Below, piece by piece: positions 49,404-59,767 of a stretch of 64,000 bases of DNA (position 1 is the first letter of the stretch; each line of letters begins with the position of its first letter). Location: contig CBDCLE010000025.1 in NCBI GenBank assembly GCA_965218585.1, forward strand, positions 96,001-160,000. Direction: 5' to 3'. The notes beneath the pieces were generated by a model, which was not told the DNA's origin, made no database searches, and saw only the letters and a list, made by a program, of their open reading frames with translations. This DNA comes from Terriglobia bacterium. Its GTDB lineage: Bacteria > Acidobacteriota > Terriglobia > 20CM-2-55-15. Made by a program: the position numbers and the translations under genes.

Positions 49404-52137
49404 TCACGGGCTTTCGGGCAAGTGGCAGCTCTAACCGGAAGGTGGTTCCCTTGCCGGGTTCGCTCTCGACAAAAATATTTCCACCGTGCTCCTGAACAAT
49501 GCCGTAGGAAACGGAGAGGCCGAGTCCGGTTCCCTTGCCGGCAGCCTTCGTTGTAAAGAAGGGGTCGTAGATCTTCTTGATGTTTTCGCCAGTGATGCCG
49601 GATCCGGTGTCTTCGATCCAGATGCGCAACTTGGCATCCGCCGTGTCCGTTCGGATACGAAGAGTGCCACCATCAGCCATCGCGTCTTTTGAATTCAGGA
49701 ACAGATTCAGGAAAACCTGCTGCATCTTGCCGGCATTACCAAAGGCAAGGGGCACTTCGGCAGAGAATTCACGCTCGACCTCGATGCCGGCATTTCTTAA
49801 CTGATGTTCCAACATTGAAACTGTCTCGGCAACAACCTGATGGACATCCAATTCCACGAATTCGGTCGCGTTCGTCCTGGAAAAGCTCAGGAGGTTGTTT
49901 ACGATCTCGGAAGCTCTGAACGTCTGCTTGATAATCTTGTCCATGAGCTTGTTTCTTTCGTCTCCGGAGCTGAGTTGCTTCCGGAGCAGTTGCGAATAGC
50001 TGGAAATCACCGCGAGCGGTGTGTTGACTTCGTGTGCAACCCCTGCGGCCAACAGACCCATAGAAGTCAGCTTGTCGTTCTGAACCAACTGGTCTTCGAG
50101 ACGCACTCTTTCGGTGATGTCATCGACGATTATCAGCCGGCCGGTTGTTCGGCCTTCTTTGTCCAGTAGCGGCGTCGCCGAAAAGTTGACGACGAGATCA
50201 CCCCAGCGGTGCTTATAGAGGTTCCGCTCTTCGCGAAGTCGTTCTAGTGATTGTTCCGGAATCACGGTTGAAGCTTCCTTGCCGATGACCCCCTTGCGCT
50301 CTCTGCCGGTCAGTCCCTCCAGCGCTCGGTTCCAGCCAATGATGCGGCCACCCACCTCAACCATCACGCCCACACTGATCGACTCGATGATGTTCTCATT
50401 GAAATCTTTGAGCGTTTCGTATTCGGTCGCCTTGTCTTCCAGCGACTGATACAGCGTGGCATTTTCGACTGCGATACCGATGTAATCTGAAATGCCTTCC
50501 AGAAGGTCGATGTCTTCGCTGGTTAGATACTCTCCGTCGTGCGTCCGGCCCATACCCAGGAAAGCAATCACCCGTCCCTTGACCCGGCACGGAATGAAGT
50601 AACTTAGATCCGACTCCTCTTCGCCTGAAAACACATAGGGCTGGTCGATGTCCTTCGTCAGGGTCGGGTAGACGGTCCCTTCCGGAATATCGAGCCCGTG
50701 CGCACGGGCCAAAACGAACCGGGAAGGATTGTCCGGGTCCTCCAGAAGGACCGCCATCTTGTCGACCAGTAGCGAGCCGGAAAGACGCTCGACGATCCGG
50801 TCCAGCACCTTGGCGAGGTCCACTTCTGAGCCCAGCTTGCGGCCGAAATCGGTAACGGTCACTCTCAGGTTGTAGCGTTCCTTGTAGAAGAACTTGTCCA
50901 GCCAGACCTGGATGTGGTCCTTTGTCGGCGCAAAGAGAAAAGCGGCAACGATCGTGGCTACAATACTCCCGATTATTCCGAGCTGAGGCAGACCCCCTCC
51001 GAACAGAGCACCCACAACGACGACAACTGTCACATAGAGCCCGACGACCAGTGCCGTGGCAAGCGTGTATGCGGCACCGCGCCGGAAGAGGATGTCCACG
51101 TCCATCAACCGATAACGGTGTATCGCCCACCCAAACGATAACGGGATGAAGATGAGGGACAACAAGGCCACATCGGCGAATTCAGAAGGCACGAAACCGA
51201 GCACGCGCGGCAAGGATTGGAATAGGAAGTAAGGAACGGCCGCCAGCACCGTTCCACGCGTGACCCACTTCAGTTGCTGACGGAGTTCAGGCTCGTGGAC
51301 CGTCCGATAGGTGTACATCAATATGCCGGCGCTCAGGACGAAGAACAGTCCGAAATGAAAGTCCTTCAGGCTGTCAAGTAAATCGCGGAGAACCACTAGC
51401 GAGGGGGAGAGCCCTAAGATCCCGCTTACGAACAGGAGCCATGCAGCCATGAGCAGACCAGCGGGCACGTAAATCATCGGCAAGATGAACCGGAACTGCT
51501 CAGCCAACCGATTCCTGGTCGGGAACTCGAGGCAGAAATGCATGAATAGAGGCGGCAGAAACACTCCCGCCGCCAGGTCCGACCAGTAAATCGTCCAGTC
51601 GAAGTCGTTGAACTTCCCCGTGTTGTGGAAGACGAAGAAGATAAACGAAACCAGGCACACAAAGTAGAAGTGCGTTGCGTGCGGGGCACGCCATCGCTTG
51701 GTCACGACGAAAAGCCCGACCAACAGATACAGAACGCCGATGATTTCCAGGTATGTAAACTGACTCTGAAAGCGCTCCGGTCGAGGCGAAACCACTATGG
51801 TCGCTTCAAAGGGCGCCCCGTTCCGTTCCAGATGGTACGTCGCGCGCGCCCACTCTCCGAGATCGTAAAGGACCTGCGTGACATGGCGATCGTTCTCGAT
51901 CTCGACCTCGTCGATCGCGACCAGAACATCGCCGGGTTCTATCCCTCCCCGGCCGCCGGGACCATCCCCCAGCACGAGCGTCGCCTCCACCTCGCCAGGA
52001 CGCGTCTCGATCCAAGAGATTCCGTCGTCAGGTGCTACCCAGCTGCGTTTCTGCTGAACGTTGAGCCCGCCGAGGATGATCATCCCCAGGCTCAATATGA
52101 CGGTGGCGATCAGCCGGAATGAAAGGATTCGCGTCAT
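49396..52137 (-). CDS. Membrane sensor histidine kinase (PDZ - multi-TM - GAF - PAS - HisKA - HATPase)
   Basis: PDZ-like GPGGRGGIEPGDVLVAID; many TM helices; AHEVNTPL, FLNLFLN, DTGSGI, PFFTTK and GTGLGL. Confidence 0.93.
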   Translation of the reverse strand: MTRILSFRLIATVILSLGMIILGGLNVQQKRSWVAPDDGISWIETRPGEVEATLVLGDGPGGRGGIEPGDVLVAIDEVEIENDRHVTQVLYDLGEWARATYHLERNGAPFEATIVVSPRPERFQSQFTYLEIIGVLYLLVGLFVVTKRWRAPHATHFYFVCLVSFIFFVFHNTGKFNDFDWTIYWSDLAAGVFLPPLFMHFCLEFPTRNRLAEQFRFILPMIYVPAGLLMAAWLLFVSGILGLSPSLVVLRDLLDSLKDFHFGLFFVLSAGILMYTYRTVHEPELRQQLKWVTRGTVLAAVPYFLFQSLPRVLGFVPSEFADVALLSLIFIPLSFGWAIHRYRLMDVDILFRRGAAYTLATALVVGLYVTVVVVVGALFGGGLPQLGIIGSIVATIVAAFLFAPTKDHIQVWLDKFFYKERYNLRVTVTDFGRKLGSEVDLAKVLDRIVERLSGSLLVDKMAVLLEDPDNPSRFVLARAHGLDIPEGTVYPTLTKDIDQPYVFSGEEESDLSYFIPCRVKGRVIAFLGMGRTHDGEYLTSEDIDLLEGISDYIGIAVENATLYQSLEDKATEYETLKDFNENIIESISVGVMVEVGGRIIGWNRALEGLTGRERKGVIGKEASTVIPEQSLERLREERNLYKHRWGDLVVNFSATPLLDKEGRTTGRLIIVDDITERVRLEDQLVQNDKLTSMGLLAAGVAHEVNTPLAVISSYSQLLRKQLSSGDERNKLMDKIIKQTFRASEIVNNLLSFSRTNATEFVELDVHQVVAETVSMLEHQLRNAGIEVEREFSAEVPLAFGNAGKMQQVFLNLFLNSKDAMADGGTLRIRTDTADAKLRIWIEDTGSGITGENIKKIYDPFFTTKAAGKGTGLGLSVSYGIVQEHGGNIFVESEPGKGTTFRLELPLARKPVNV

Positions 52138-52176
52138 GTTGTTCGACTGGACACACGGGTCCGTGCACTAATGTCG

Positions 52177-52193
52177 AGCAATTCGCTCACCAA
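52177..52193 (-). promoter_or_regulatory. Candidate sigma54 (-24/-12) promoter for the kinase-regulator operon
   Basis: Minus strand TTGGTGAGCGAATTGCT (GG-N10-GC), with IHF-like TAAGTGATTG upstream. Confidence 0.5.
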
Positions 52194-52281
52194 AGAAGTA
52201 TATACGTTTGCAATCACTTAGCACCAAAAATCCCAAATAATACTGTTTTTAGGATTCAGGATACAAAAAACCGTATTTAGG

Positions 52282-53919
52282 TCAGAACTTGAAGTGAATA
52301 CCGCCCTTAAGCAATCGCGGATGTCCCGCGTGCATGGTCCGCCGCGAGCCGAACGAGGGCTCGAACAGGTTCCGGGCGTCCACAATCGCTTGGACTTTGG
52401 CAGGAAAGATACTCAGGTTGGGTAAATCTTGCGCAATCGTGACACTCAGGGTGGGGTCATTGTACTCAGCGAACCGTTGGTAAGGGTCGATCGGCGCCAG
52501 GGAAAATCCCGACGTCCACCGATAAACTGCAGTCACAGCGGTCTGCGTCAGCTCGATATCCGTCTTGACCCGGGCGGTCACAACATGAAAGTTCCTCTGA
52601 TTGGCCTGTTCGCGCAGTTCGTCGGGCGAAATAACATTGGGGTCGAACCCGGCCCCGCTGGCATAGGTGTATCCCACTCCGGCTTCGAAATCTCTGAACA
52701 CGCCATCCAGATAGACCCGCAGTCCGGAGGCCGCCGCGTTCGAGCGATCAAAGAACATGATGGCCCGCCGGCCATCATCGGAATCCACCAGAAAAGCCTG
52801 CGTTCCGAGTCGGTCCCGGAAGAGCACAGCAGAAACCTGAAGGCCTTCCGATAAGATCTGGCTGACTCCAAATTCGGCGTGGGCGTAACGCTCCAGTTCC
52901 GGCGGGATATACACGGCCCGCTCAAAATACTCGCGCCCGCGAATGGGATCTGTCGTATCTTCTGGCGCCTGCCGTGAGAAGGAGCCGTGAAGCGTCGTTC
53001 GGGTCGCAAGTCCCCACGTCACGCCAAACTCTGGCCGGATATAGTGATCTCCCTCGATTCCGTCGGCCCGGCCAATCGAGGTGCCGTAGTTGAAAAGCAG
53101 GTCATCGGACCATTGCAGTTGCTCGTCATACTGCACCTGGATCTCACGCGCTTCAGAATTGCCCCCCCCGTTGAGCAACGCCCCCTGGCGCACGTTCACC
53201 GCCAGTGACGATCTCTGGCGACCTACGGGCGAAAACTCATACGTGGCACCGAAACCGCGCGGCTGATCTGCGGCTTCCGTATACTGCCCCGCGAAAGTCA
53301 CCCGGGAATCGAGGGCCAGCGGGACGCTAAACGAAAACTGAGAGCCGACGGAGTCTCTGGCCCCGTCAGAAGTTTCCATGGATGTCGAATAAACCTGGAC
53401 GTATCCTGACGTCCTCATACCGCCGAGCACGTCAGCCACGGCATCTTCCTGGTCGGTCCCCTCGTTTTCTGCGAGACGGAGAACGGGGCGGGTGGACGGC
53501 GAACTCCTGAGCACCCACTTCATGTCTTCCAGGCTTCCGCGCCGTATCCCGCGGCGAACGATATCCATTGCTGTCTGAAGACTGAGCGTGAGGGCGACGT
53601 CGGCGCCGATATCGAGATCTATATCGGAGGCGACGGTCGGCAGGAAGTTGGACTTGGTAACCCGGACAAGATAGCGGCCCGCAACCAGGTCCGGCACGGA
53701 GAAAACTCCGAGATGGTTCGTAAAGACAAACTGGCGGACTGAGGAATCAACCGACGATTGAACAGCCACGAGCGCCCCAATCAGCGGCATTCCCGAACTA
53801 TCCTGGACGCGCCCCTGAATCTTCGCCAGGGTCTGAGCGTTCGCGGTCCTGACCGACAGAGTCCCGCAGACCAGTAAGATCACCAGAATTCTGGGCCAGG
53901 GCCAGGACGTCTTACGCAT
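52282..53919 (-). CDS. Exported protein: carboxypeptidase-regulatory-like N-domain plus probable outer-membrane beta-barrel
   Basis: Signal peptide; IQGRVQDSSGMPL...GRYLVRV; amphipathic beta strands; C-terminal GGIHFKF. Confidence 0.75.
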   Translation of the reverse strand: MRKTSWPWPRILVILLVCGTLSVRTANAQTLAKIQGRVQDSSGMPLIGALVAVQSSVDSSVRQFVFTNHLGVFSVPDLVAGRYLVRVTKSNFLPTVASDIDLDIGADVALTLSLQTAMDIVRRGIRRGSLEDMKWVLRSSPSTRPVLRLAENEGTDQEDAVADVLGGMRTSGYVQVYSTSMETSDGARDSVGSQFSFSVPLALDSRVTFAGQYTEAADQPRGFGATYEFSPVGRQRSSLAVNVRQGALLNGGGNSEAREIQVQYDEQLQWSDDLLFNYGTSIGRADGIEGDHYIRPEFGVTWGLATRTTLHGSFSRQAPEDTTDPIRGREYFERAVYIPPELERYAHAEFGVSQILSEGLQVSAVLFRDRLGTQAFLVDSDDGRRAIMFFDRSNAAASGLRVYLDGVFRDFEAGVGYTYASGAGFDPNVISPDELREQANQRNFHVVTARVKTDIELTQTAVTAVYRWTSGFSLAPIDPYQRFAEYNDPTLSVTIAQDLPNLSIFPAKVQAIVDARNLFEPSFGSRRTMHAGHPRLLKGGIHFKF

Positions 53920-53970
53920 GAGGCTTCCTTCGGGAGTCTGGTCCCACCCGTACGGTGGGACCACATCAAC

Positions 53971-55602
53971 TTAACGGCTTGCGAGGAGAGGCTCTTGAAC
54001 CTCGAAATCACTGGACTGACTGATGACCTCGCCAGACAGGTTGTCGGTAATGCGCACCTGGATCGAGTACTCGCCAGGCTCAAATTCGCTCAGCGCAATC
54101 ATTTTCTGCAAGGTCATCTGCTGTGCAGCCCCCGACAATTCATCGGTCGTCTCAACGATCTTCTGAACTTCCCTGCCGTCTCGGGTGATCAGTGTCTCAA
54201 TCGTGGCAGACGGCTTGAGCTCGTTCTCGTCCAGTTGCAGGTTATAGACCTGGATCCAGTAAAAGAGCTCCTTGTCCCGATAGAACTCCTGCTTCACGCT
54301 CGGGCGCACCCGCAGGCTTCCCAATACGAATGGTGCCGAACCTACCTGCCGTGGCGGCAAGGGTTCGATCAAATCTGCCAGGATCAGGGAACTCGTTGCC
54401 AGCTGTTCGCTGGAAAAGCGCGGGACAGCCAGTCGCTGATTGATAGTTCCCACGTTTTCGCTCTGAACGTCCTTGATGACCAGATCGATCTTGTACAGGC
54501 CGGGGCTCAACGGAAGTACTTTCTGGTAAATAGAGCTTCTGTCCAGAGAATCGCTGAACAAGGCATCGGGTATGGCCTGATTGATCGTATCTTCGAAAGT
54601 CTGTACGATCCGCCCATTGATGCCGGTCACCTGGCCGAAAACGTTGAGTGTCGCTTCATGGATTCCCTGCGTCTCCTGAAAAGCAATATCCCTGTTTCTG
54701 ACAAGAACGGTGACCGGAGCCAGAACCGTTTCGTCAGTCACACGGACAAAGTCCGTCCTCAAGTCAAACGGAAGAAGATTGTAGGAGAGGTTGGTCGTAA
54801 CTATAGCTTCCAGATCGGTGAACTCGATCTCCGGGGGCAGGAAAGCTCGAGTGAAGAGGTCAAGCCGATCGAACTGGTTGTCACCGCCTATGCGCGTGCC
54901 CTGGTAGGCACCCGTCCGGCGGTCAAAGATCGATTGGTTCAGTGCGTTAATGTCGTCTGGGTCCTCGCTGCCAGCAAGCATTTGCTCTCGAAGCGTCAGG
55001 CCCGAGTTCGGAACGTTGGAAAGCGCTTCTTTCTCGTAGGGATTCATCGCCAGCCGGAACTCACCGGTCAGGGTCGGGTCGACGAACTCAAATTCGATGT
55101 TGTTGCCGAGCCCTGGAAGGTACCGGTAGTACCACTTCTCGAACGGGTACACGGTGGTCGAGCCACCACCCTCTTCTATGGTCCTCTGGTAGCGGCCCCC
55201 GGAAATCTGCCCCTCCTTGCTCGTCGGCTCACCATGAATGATATAGATTCGGCCCCGGTCGGTCATCCATCCCGGTTTGCCGGAAGAAAACCGCTCGTTC
55301 GAGTGGGCGATTCTCCGGTAGTGCTCCTCCCGGTATTCGTTCTCGATCGAATCCGGTGTCGGATCGCGTCTCAACCAGAAACTCTCGATGAAACTTGCCC
55401 GTTCATCGTCCGTGGTCAGCGCTTCAAACGCGTCCTCTTCGTTAGACGTGATAATAAAAGCCACATCCTGATCCAACCACCTGGCCAACGCGCGATTCGC
55501 ACGCTCCAGCCGAGCGCTGTCACTGTCTCGTTGCGCCCAAACTGGTGCCTGGCCGGCAAGGAGAAGAACCGCGATGGCGCCTACGACTAACCTACGACTC
55601 AT
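53971..55602 (-). CDS. GWxTD-domain exported protein
   Basis: FWLRRDPTP...NEYREEHYRRI..SNERF...GWMTDRGRIYI; signal peptide; GAGGTGG upstream of ATG 55602. Confidence 0.9.
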   Translation of the reverse strand: MSRRLVVGAIAVLLLAGQAPVWAQRDSDSARLERANRALARWLDQDVAFIITSNEEDAFEALTTDDERASFIESFWLRRDPTPDSIENEYREEHYRRIAHSNERFSSGKPGWMTDRGRIYIIHGEPTSKEGQISGGRYQRTIEEGGGSTTVYPFEKWYYRYLPGLGNNIEFEFVDPTLTGEFRLAMNPYEKEALSNVPNSGLTLREQMLAGSEDPDDINALNQSIFDRRTGAYQGTRIGGDNQFDRLDLFTRAFLPPEIEFTDLEAIVTTNLSYNLLPFDLRTDFVRVTDETVLAPVTVLVRNRDIAFQETQGIHEATLNVFGQVTGINGRIVQTFEDTINQAIPDALFSDSLDRSSIYQKVLPLSPGLYKIDLVIKDVQSENVGTINQRLAVPRFSSEQLATSSLILADLIEPLPPRQVGSAPFVLGSLRVRPSVKQEFYRDKELFYWIQVYNLQLDENELKPSATIETLITRDGREVQKIVETTDELSGAAQQMTLQKMIALSEFEPGEYSIQVRITDNLSGEVISQSSDFEVQEPLLASR

Positions 55603-55652
55603 AATCCACCTCTGAATGACGAATAATACTTCACGTTTTTTTTGGTTCAATT

Positions 55653-55680
55653 ATCATAGCATTAGCGACCTAACAGTCAA
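55653..55680 (-). promoter_or_regulatory. Candidate sigma70 promoter of the GWxTD gene
   Basis: Minus strand TTGACT-N16-TATGAT. Confidence 0.4.
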
Positions 55681-55857
55681 GCAATTCAGTGGTTTGGTCA
55701 CATCCCGATTTTCCGTATCTCTCTGGAGACAACTGCCTTCCCGATTTGGTAAAAACAACGTACCGTTAAGAGTAAGGGACGCTCGGAGACCTTCGACGTG
55801 AGAAACAATCCCAAGCAAACTGTTCGTTCGGCGGGCCACTCCGGCCTCGGGAGAGGC

Positions 55858-56325
55858 ATGTCCCCACCCTCCGAAGACGGGCCCGTCGGGCTGTTGCTGG
55901 GGCTCGCAGCGCTCTGGTTGTCGGCAATTCTGGTCGCTCCGCTCGTCGAGAGCCGAGAAATCTACGCCTTCTTTGCACTAATCTGCCACCAGATACCGGG
56001 CCGCAGCTGGTTTCTAGGCCCAGAGCCGCTGGCTACCTGTATTCGCTGTACTGCCATCTATGCGGGATTTCTGATTGGGCTGGCGCTTCGCCTTCCACCG
56101 GCAACGTGGTTCCTCAGGACGTCGGTAGCTCTCCTGGCACTCGAACTGGGCGTGGCCTATCTGTGGATCGACCTGGAATTCACACGCGCTGTCTCCGGCC
56201 TCTCGCTGGGTCTCGCCGCGGCGGGTTTCGTTTCCGAGGGCGTTCGAGACCTCCGAGCCAGGTTGAGAGGCGCCGGGAATCTATCCGCCATCCACAACGC
56301 AAAGGACATCCTTGACCACGTGTAA
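55858..56325 (+). CDS. DUF2085-like membrane protein
   Basis: ICHQIPGRS...CIRCTAIYAG with TM helices. Confidence 0.75.
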   Translation: MSPPSEDGPVGLLLGLAALWLSAILVAPLVESREIYAFFALICHQIPGRSWFLGPEPLATCIRCTAIYAGFLIGLALRLPPATWFLRTSVALLALELGVAYLWIDLEFTRAVSGLSLGLAAAGFVSEGVRDLRARLRGAGNLSAIHNAKDILDHV

Positions 56326-56911
56326 GCAGTGCGGGGCGACCGTACCCGAAGAAGCCCAGTACTGCATGCAATGTGGTACGGCCATCGAGCCACAGGACCC
56401 GTCCCAACCCATGCCGGTTGGCGACTTCATCCAACCCGCCTTCCTTAGCGGCGCCATACTTGGAGCACTTTCCTCCGTTCCAGTTGTGAGTTTGGGCTGC
56501 TGCATCTGGGTCGTGGGTGGCGGTGCGCTCGGGGCGTGGCTGCTCAGAGGGAAGCATCCTCAGGGACCGAACGCGGTGACTTACGGGGACGGCGCCTTTG
56601 TCGGAGTTCTCAGCGGGGCGTTTGGCGCCGTTGTGGCGACCGCGATCTCTATCCCGATTCGGTTATTGAGCGCCGAAGCCATGCGGAATCAGATGGAGGC
56701 CGTGGAAGAAATGCTCATCGAAATCGAAGGCCCGTTCCGCGAATTGCTTCTCCGCCTGATGTCTCCGGAGCTGTCGCTGGTGACCATCCTGGCAACGTTC
56801 TTTGTAAACCTGATCATCTTTTCGCTGTTCGCGATGGTGGGAGGGATTCTGCTTCTGGCTATCATGGGCCGCAAATCCGGCGCTCCAGCTCCGCCGCCGC
56901 CTGCCAGCTAA
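56312..56911 (+). CDS. Zinc-ribbon membrane protein
   Basis: CKQCG...YCMQCG followed by about four TM helices. Confidence 0.8.
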   Translation: MTTCKQCGATVPEEAQYCMQCGTAIEPQDPSQPMPVGDFIQPAFLSGAILGALSSVPVVSLGCCIWVVGGGALGAWLLRGKHPQGPNAVTYGDGAFVGVLSGAFGAVVATAISIPIRLLSAEAMRNQMEAVEEMLIEIEGPFRELLLRLMSPELSLVTILATFFVNLIIFSLFAMVGGILLLAIMGRKSGAPAPPPPAS

Positions 56912-56952
56912 ACTGTTGGGAAAAGATTTCGGGCGATAAGAAAGAGCGCGGC

Positions 56953-57687
56953 TCACGCCCCGACGAAGTAGCCGACGATCTGGTAGCCCATAAGGACGAA
57001 ACCACCTGCCATCAGGACGGAGTTGGTCAGGAAAGCGTGGGCCAGATACCCCTGACGTGTTCGCCAGTAGCTCAAGGCGATCAGAACCCCTGTCAGGGCG
57101 AGCATCTGCCCGATTTCCACTCCGATATTGAAACTCAGGATGTTTGCGACCAGGCCCGACTCCGACAGCGTGAACTCCTGAAGCTTCGTCGCAAGGCCCA
57201 AACCGTGGAAGAGCCCGAACACCAGAACGGCCGCACGCGTGTCGATCTGAAATCCAAGGAACCGCTTGAAACCATCCACGTTTTCGAAACCTTTGTAGAC
57301 AACGCTCAGCCCGATGATCGCGTCGATCACGTAAGCGTTTGCCTCAAAGCCCCCGAGAACTCCCGCCAGCAACGTCACGCTGTGACCAATCGTGAAGAGG
57401 CTCACGTAAAGCGCGATGTCCTTCACCCTGTACAGAAAGAAAATGACGCCGACCAGGAACAGGAGATGATCATACCCGGTAACCATGTGCTTGGCCCCGA
57501 GGTACATGAACGGACCGACGGCCGCGCCTTCGTTGGACTGAACGAATTCCGCGTCCCGTTCCGACACACCGTGCGCGGCGGCCAGGCCAGGAAGGGTCAA
57601 AACAAGCAATAAAACGGCGAGACCGATAACGAAGATTTGTCTGGCGATTATCACGTTCCGCTTATACCACCCAGCAAAGGAATCCAC
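56953..57687 (-). CDS. HupE/UreJ-family membrane protein; start uncertain
   Basis: AAHGV, HMVTGYDHLLFL, FTIGHSVTL, FGLFHGLG and FNIGVEIGQ. Confidence 0.88.
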   Translation of the reverse strand: MDSFAGWYKRNVIIARQIFVIGLAVLLLVLTLPGLAAAHGVSERDAEFVQSNEGAAVGPFMYLGAKHMVTGYDHLLFLVGVIFFLYRVKDIALYVSLFTIGHSVTLLAGVLGGFEANAYVIDAIIGLSVVYKGFENVDGFKRFLGFQIDTRAAVLVFGLFHGLGLATKLQEFTLSESGLVANILSFNIGVEIGQMLALTGVLIALSYWRTRQGYLAHAFLTNSVLMAGGFVLMGYQIVGYFVGA

Positions 57688-57691
57688 AAAT

Positions 57692-57937
57692 CTAGCGCCG
57701 TCCGACGAGAATGGGGTGCGGCTTATACTCGCCGTCTAAAGCTTCCAGTTCGCTCTCGTCCAGCTTCAATTCAATAGCTCCTACGGAATCCTCGAGATGG
57801 TTCAGTCGGGTCGCTCCAACGATCGGGGCAACAACGCCTGGCTGATGCATCAGCCAGGCCAGCGCAACCTGGGCGTTGCTCACGCCGCGCGCCTGGGCAA
57901 CGCGCGTCACCTGATCCACAACCGCGAAATCGTACGG
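57692..57937 (-). pseudogene. C-terminal fragment of an aldo/keto reductase, cut off by the IS
   Basis: DFAVVDQVTRVAQARGVSNAQVALAWL...PIVGAT..HLED; the upstream part is replaced by the IS end. Confidence 0.88.
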
Positions 57938-59739
57938 CGCATTGACTCATTGAAAATGTTACCGAACTGAGGGTTGTTGCCTCATTAGAAATGTTACCCA
58001 ACTCTATGAGAACGGAGGTGGGAAGTGAGGACACACATGACTGTTGCGGCAAGGCGAGAATTAGCTCTACGAACGGCGGTTCGCTACAAGAATGCGGCGC
58101 GACCGGAGAAGAAGCGAATCCTGGATGAGTTCCTTGAATCGACCGGGTTCCATCGGAAGCACGCGACACGGCTTCTGAACGACATTCTGAGGGGCGAACG
58201 GCCCCGACGGCAACCGCGCGGCCGGGTCCGTCGATACGGCCCCGCGGTGCAGGCCGCCCTGATCGCGGCCTGGCGCACAGTCAATGATGTCTGTGGCAAA
58301 CGGCTCGTTCCGTTTCTGCCGGAGCTGATCCCGACCATGGAGCGTCACGGGCATCTGTCATTGTCTGATAAAACGCGGGCGGATCTGCTTGAGCTGAGCG
58401 CCGCCACGGCTGATCGGATCTTCCGTCAATTCCGATTCGATCATCGACCGCACGGCAAGACCACCACCAAGTCCGGACAGTTACTCAAACACCGCGTTCC
58501 GATTCGCACATTCGCCGACTGGGCGGACACGCGGCCGGGATTCATGGAAGCGGACTTAGTTGCACACTGCGGCGGGAACTCGGAAGGCCCTTTCCTCCAC
58601 ACCCTGGTACTGACCGACGTGGCGACCGGCTGGACCGAATGTCTGGCGTTGCTACGGCGTACGGAGGCGGACATTCTGCAGGCGCTCACGACGGCACGGC
58701 AGATCCTTCCGTTTCAGCTTGTCGGCCTGGACACGGATAACGGTTCCGAGTTCATGAACTACGGACTCCTCGCCTACTGCGAGCGTGAAACGATTCAATT
58801 CACCCGAGGCCGAGCGCGCCGGAAGAACGACCAGTGCTTCGTCGAACAGAAGAACGGCTCGATCGTCCGCCAATTGGTCGGCTACGACCGCTACGAAGGC
58901 TCACTGGCATACAGGCAGCTTGCCGAGCTCTACCGAGTGGTCCGGCTCTACGTGAACTTCTTCCAGCCGTCCATGAAGCTCACGACGAAGACTCGCGATG
59001 GATCCCGGGTGACGAAACGCTACGATATCGCGCAAACACCCTATCAACGGCTCTCGAATTCAGATGCGCTCGACCCGGAGGTTCGCGTTCGCCTTGCTGC
59101 GATTTATGAACGTTCGGATCCGGTCGATCTCCTACGACAGCTTGAGAAACTCCAGGATGCATTCTGGAGACATGCGAAGGAACTGGCCTCTCCCACGCTA
59201 ACGGACGACATCGTGCGCGCCGCCCTTGTGTCCCCGAACTGCGACGCAGATGCAGACCGAGCCCCGATTGAGGCGGAACTCCCCGATCCCGGCTTCGAGC
59301 AACGAATCACGCGTCGGTATCGCAAAACACGGAAACAACCTGTGCCCCACACCTGGCGTACTCGCCCGGACCCGTTCGACGGCGTCTGGGAGGAGATGCG
59401 GTCATGGCTTGAATCCGATCCCGGGCGAACATCAAAGTCGCTGTTGCTTGAGCTTCAGCAGCGGCGCCCGGGACGTTACCCCAACGGTCAGTTACGGACC
59501 CTGCAGCGGCGCGTGCGCGAATGGCGGCGTCAGATTCTGGAGACTTTCGATGGCGAGTGGCTCGAACTGGATCGGGTCCGCCCGGCTTCAGCATCTGCGG
59601 GCGACGGGGGCTGTGGAAAAGGCGGTCGCCCCACAGCCTCGACGGCGGGAAGAACTCTCCCGTTTGACCGGTCGTTCGGTAACATTTCTAATGAGGCAAC
59701 AACCCTCAGTTCGGTAACATTTTTAAATGAGGCAATACG
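57938..59739 (+). mobile_element. ISNCY-type (integrase-core DDE) insertion sequence; exact tips uncertain
   Basis: 65/66-bp inverted arms (57938-58002, 59674-59739), each with two TTGCCTCATTAGAAATGTTACCGAAC-like sub-repeats; no TSD seen. Confidence 0.85.
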
Positions 59740-59740
59740 G
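58037..59740 (+). CDS. Integrase-core DDE transposase, with no stop codon inside the element
   Basis: EKKRILDEF..TGFHRKHA.RLL, EADLVAHCG, DTDNGSEF, KNDQCFVEQKN and C-terminal RTLQRRV HTH-like region. Confidence 0.9.
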
Positions 59741-59767
59741 CCGGGAGTTTTGATTGTCGCTGATCAA

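Noticed and set aside
53995-55590. 531-aa plus-strand ORF
   Set aside because: Antisense shadow of the GWxTD gene, expected from codon bias at this GC content.
56536-57612. 358-aa plus-strand ORF
   Set aside because: Overlaps the zinc-ribbon gene out of frame and the HupE/UreJ gene in antisense; no motif.
57938-58002. Paired ~26-bp repeats as CRISPR or iterons
   Set aside because: They are mirrored at 59674-59739 around a transposase, so they are IS end repeats.
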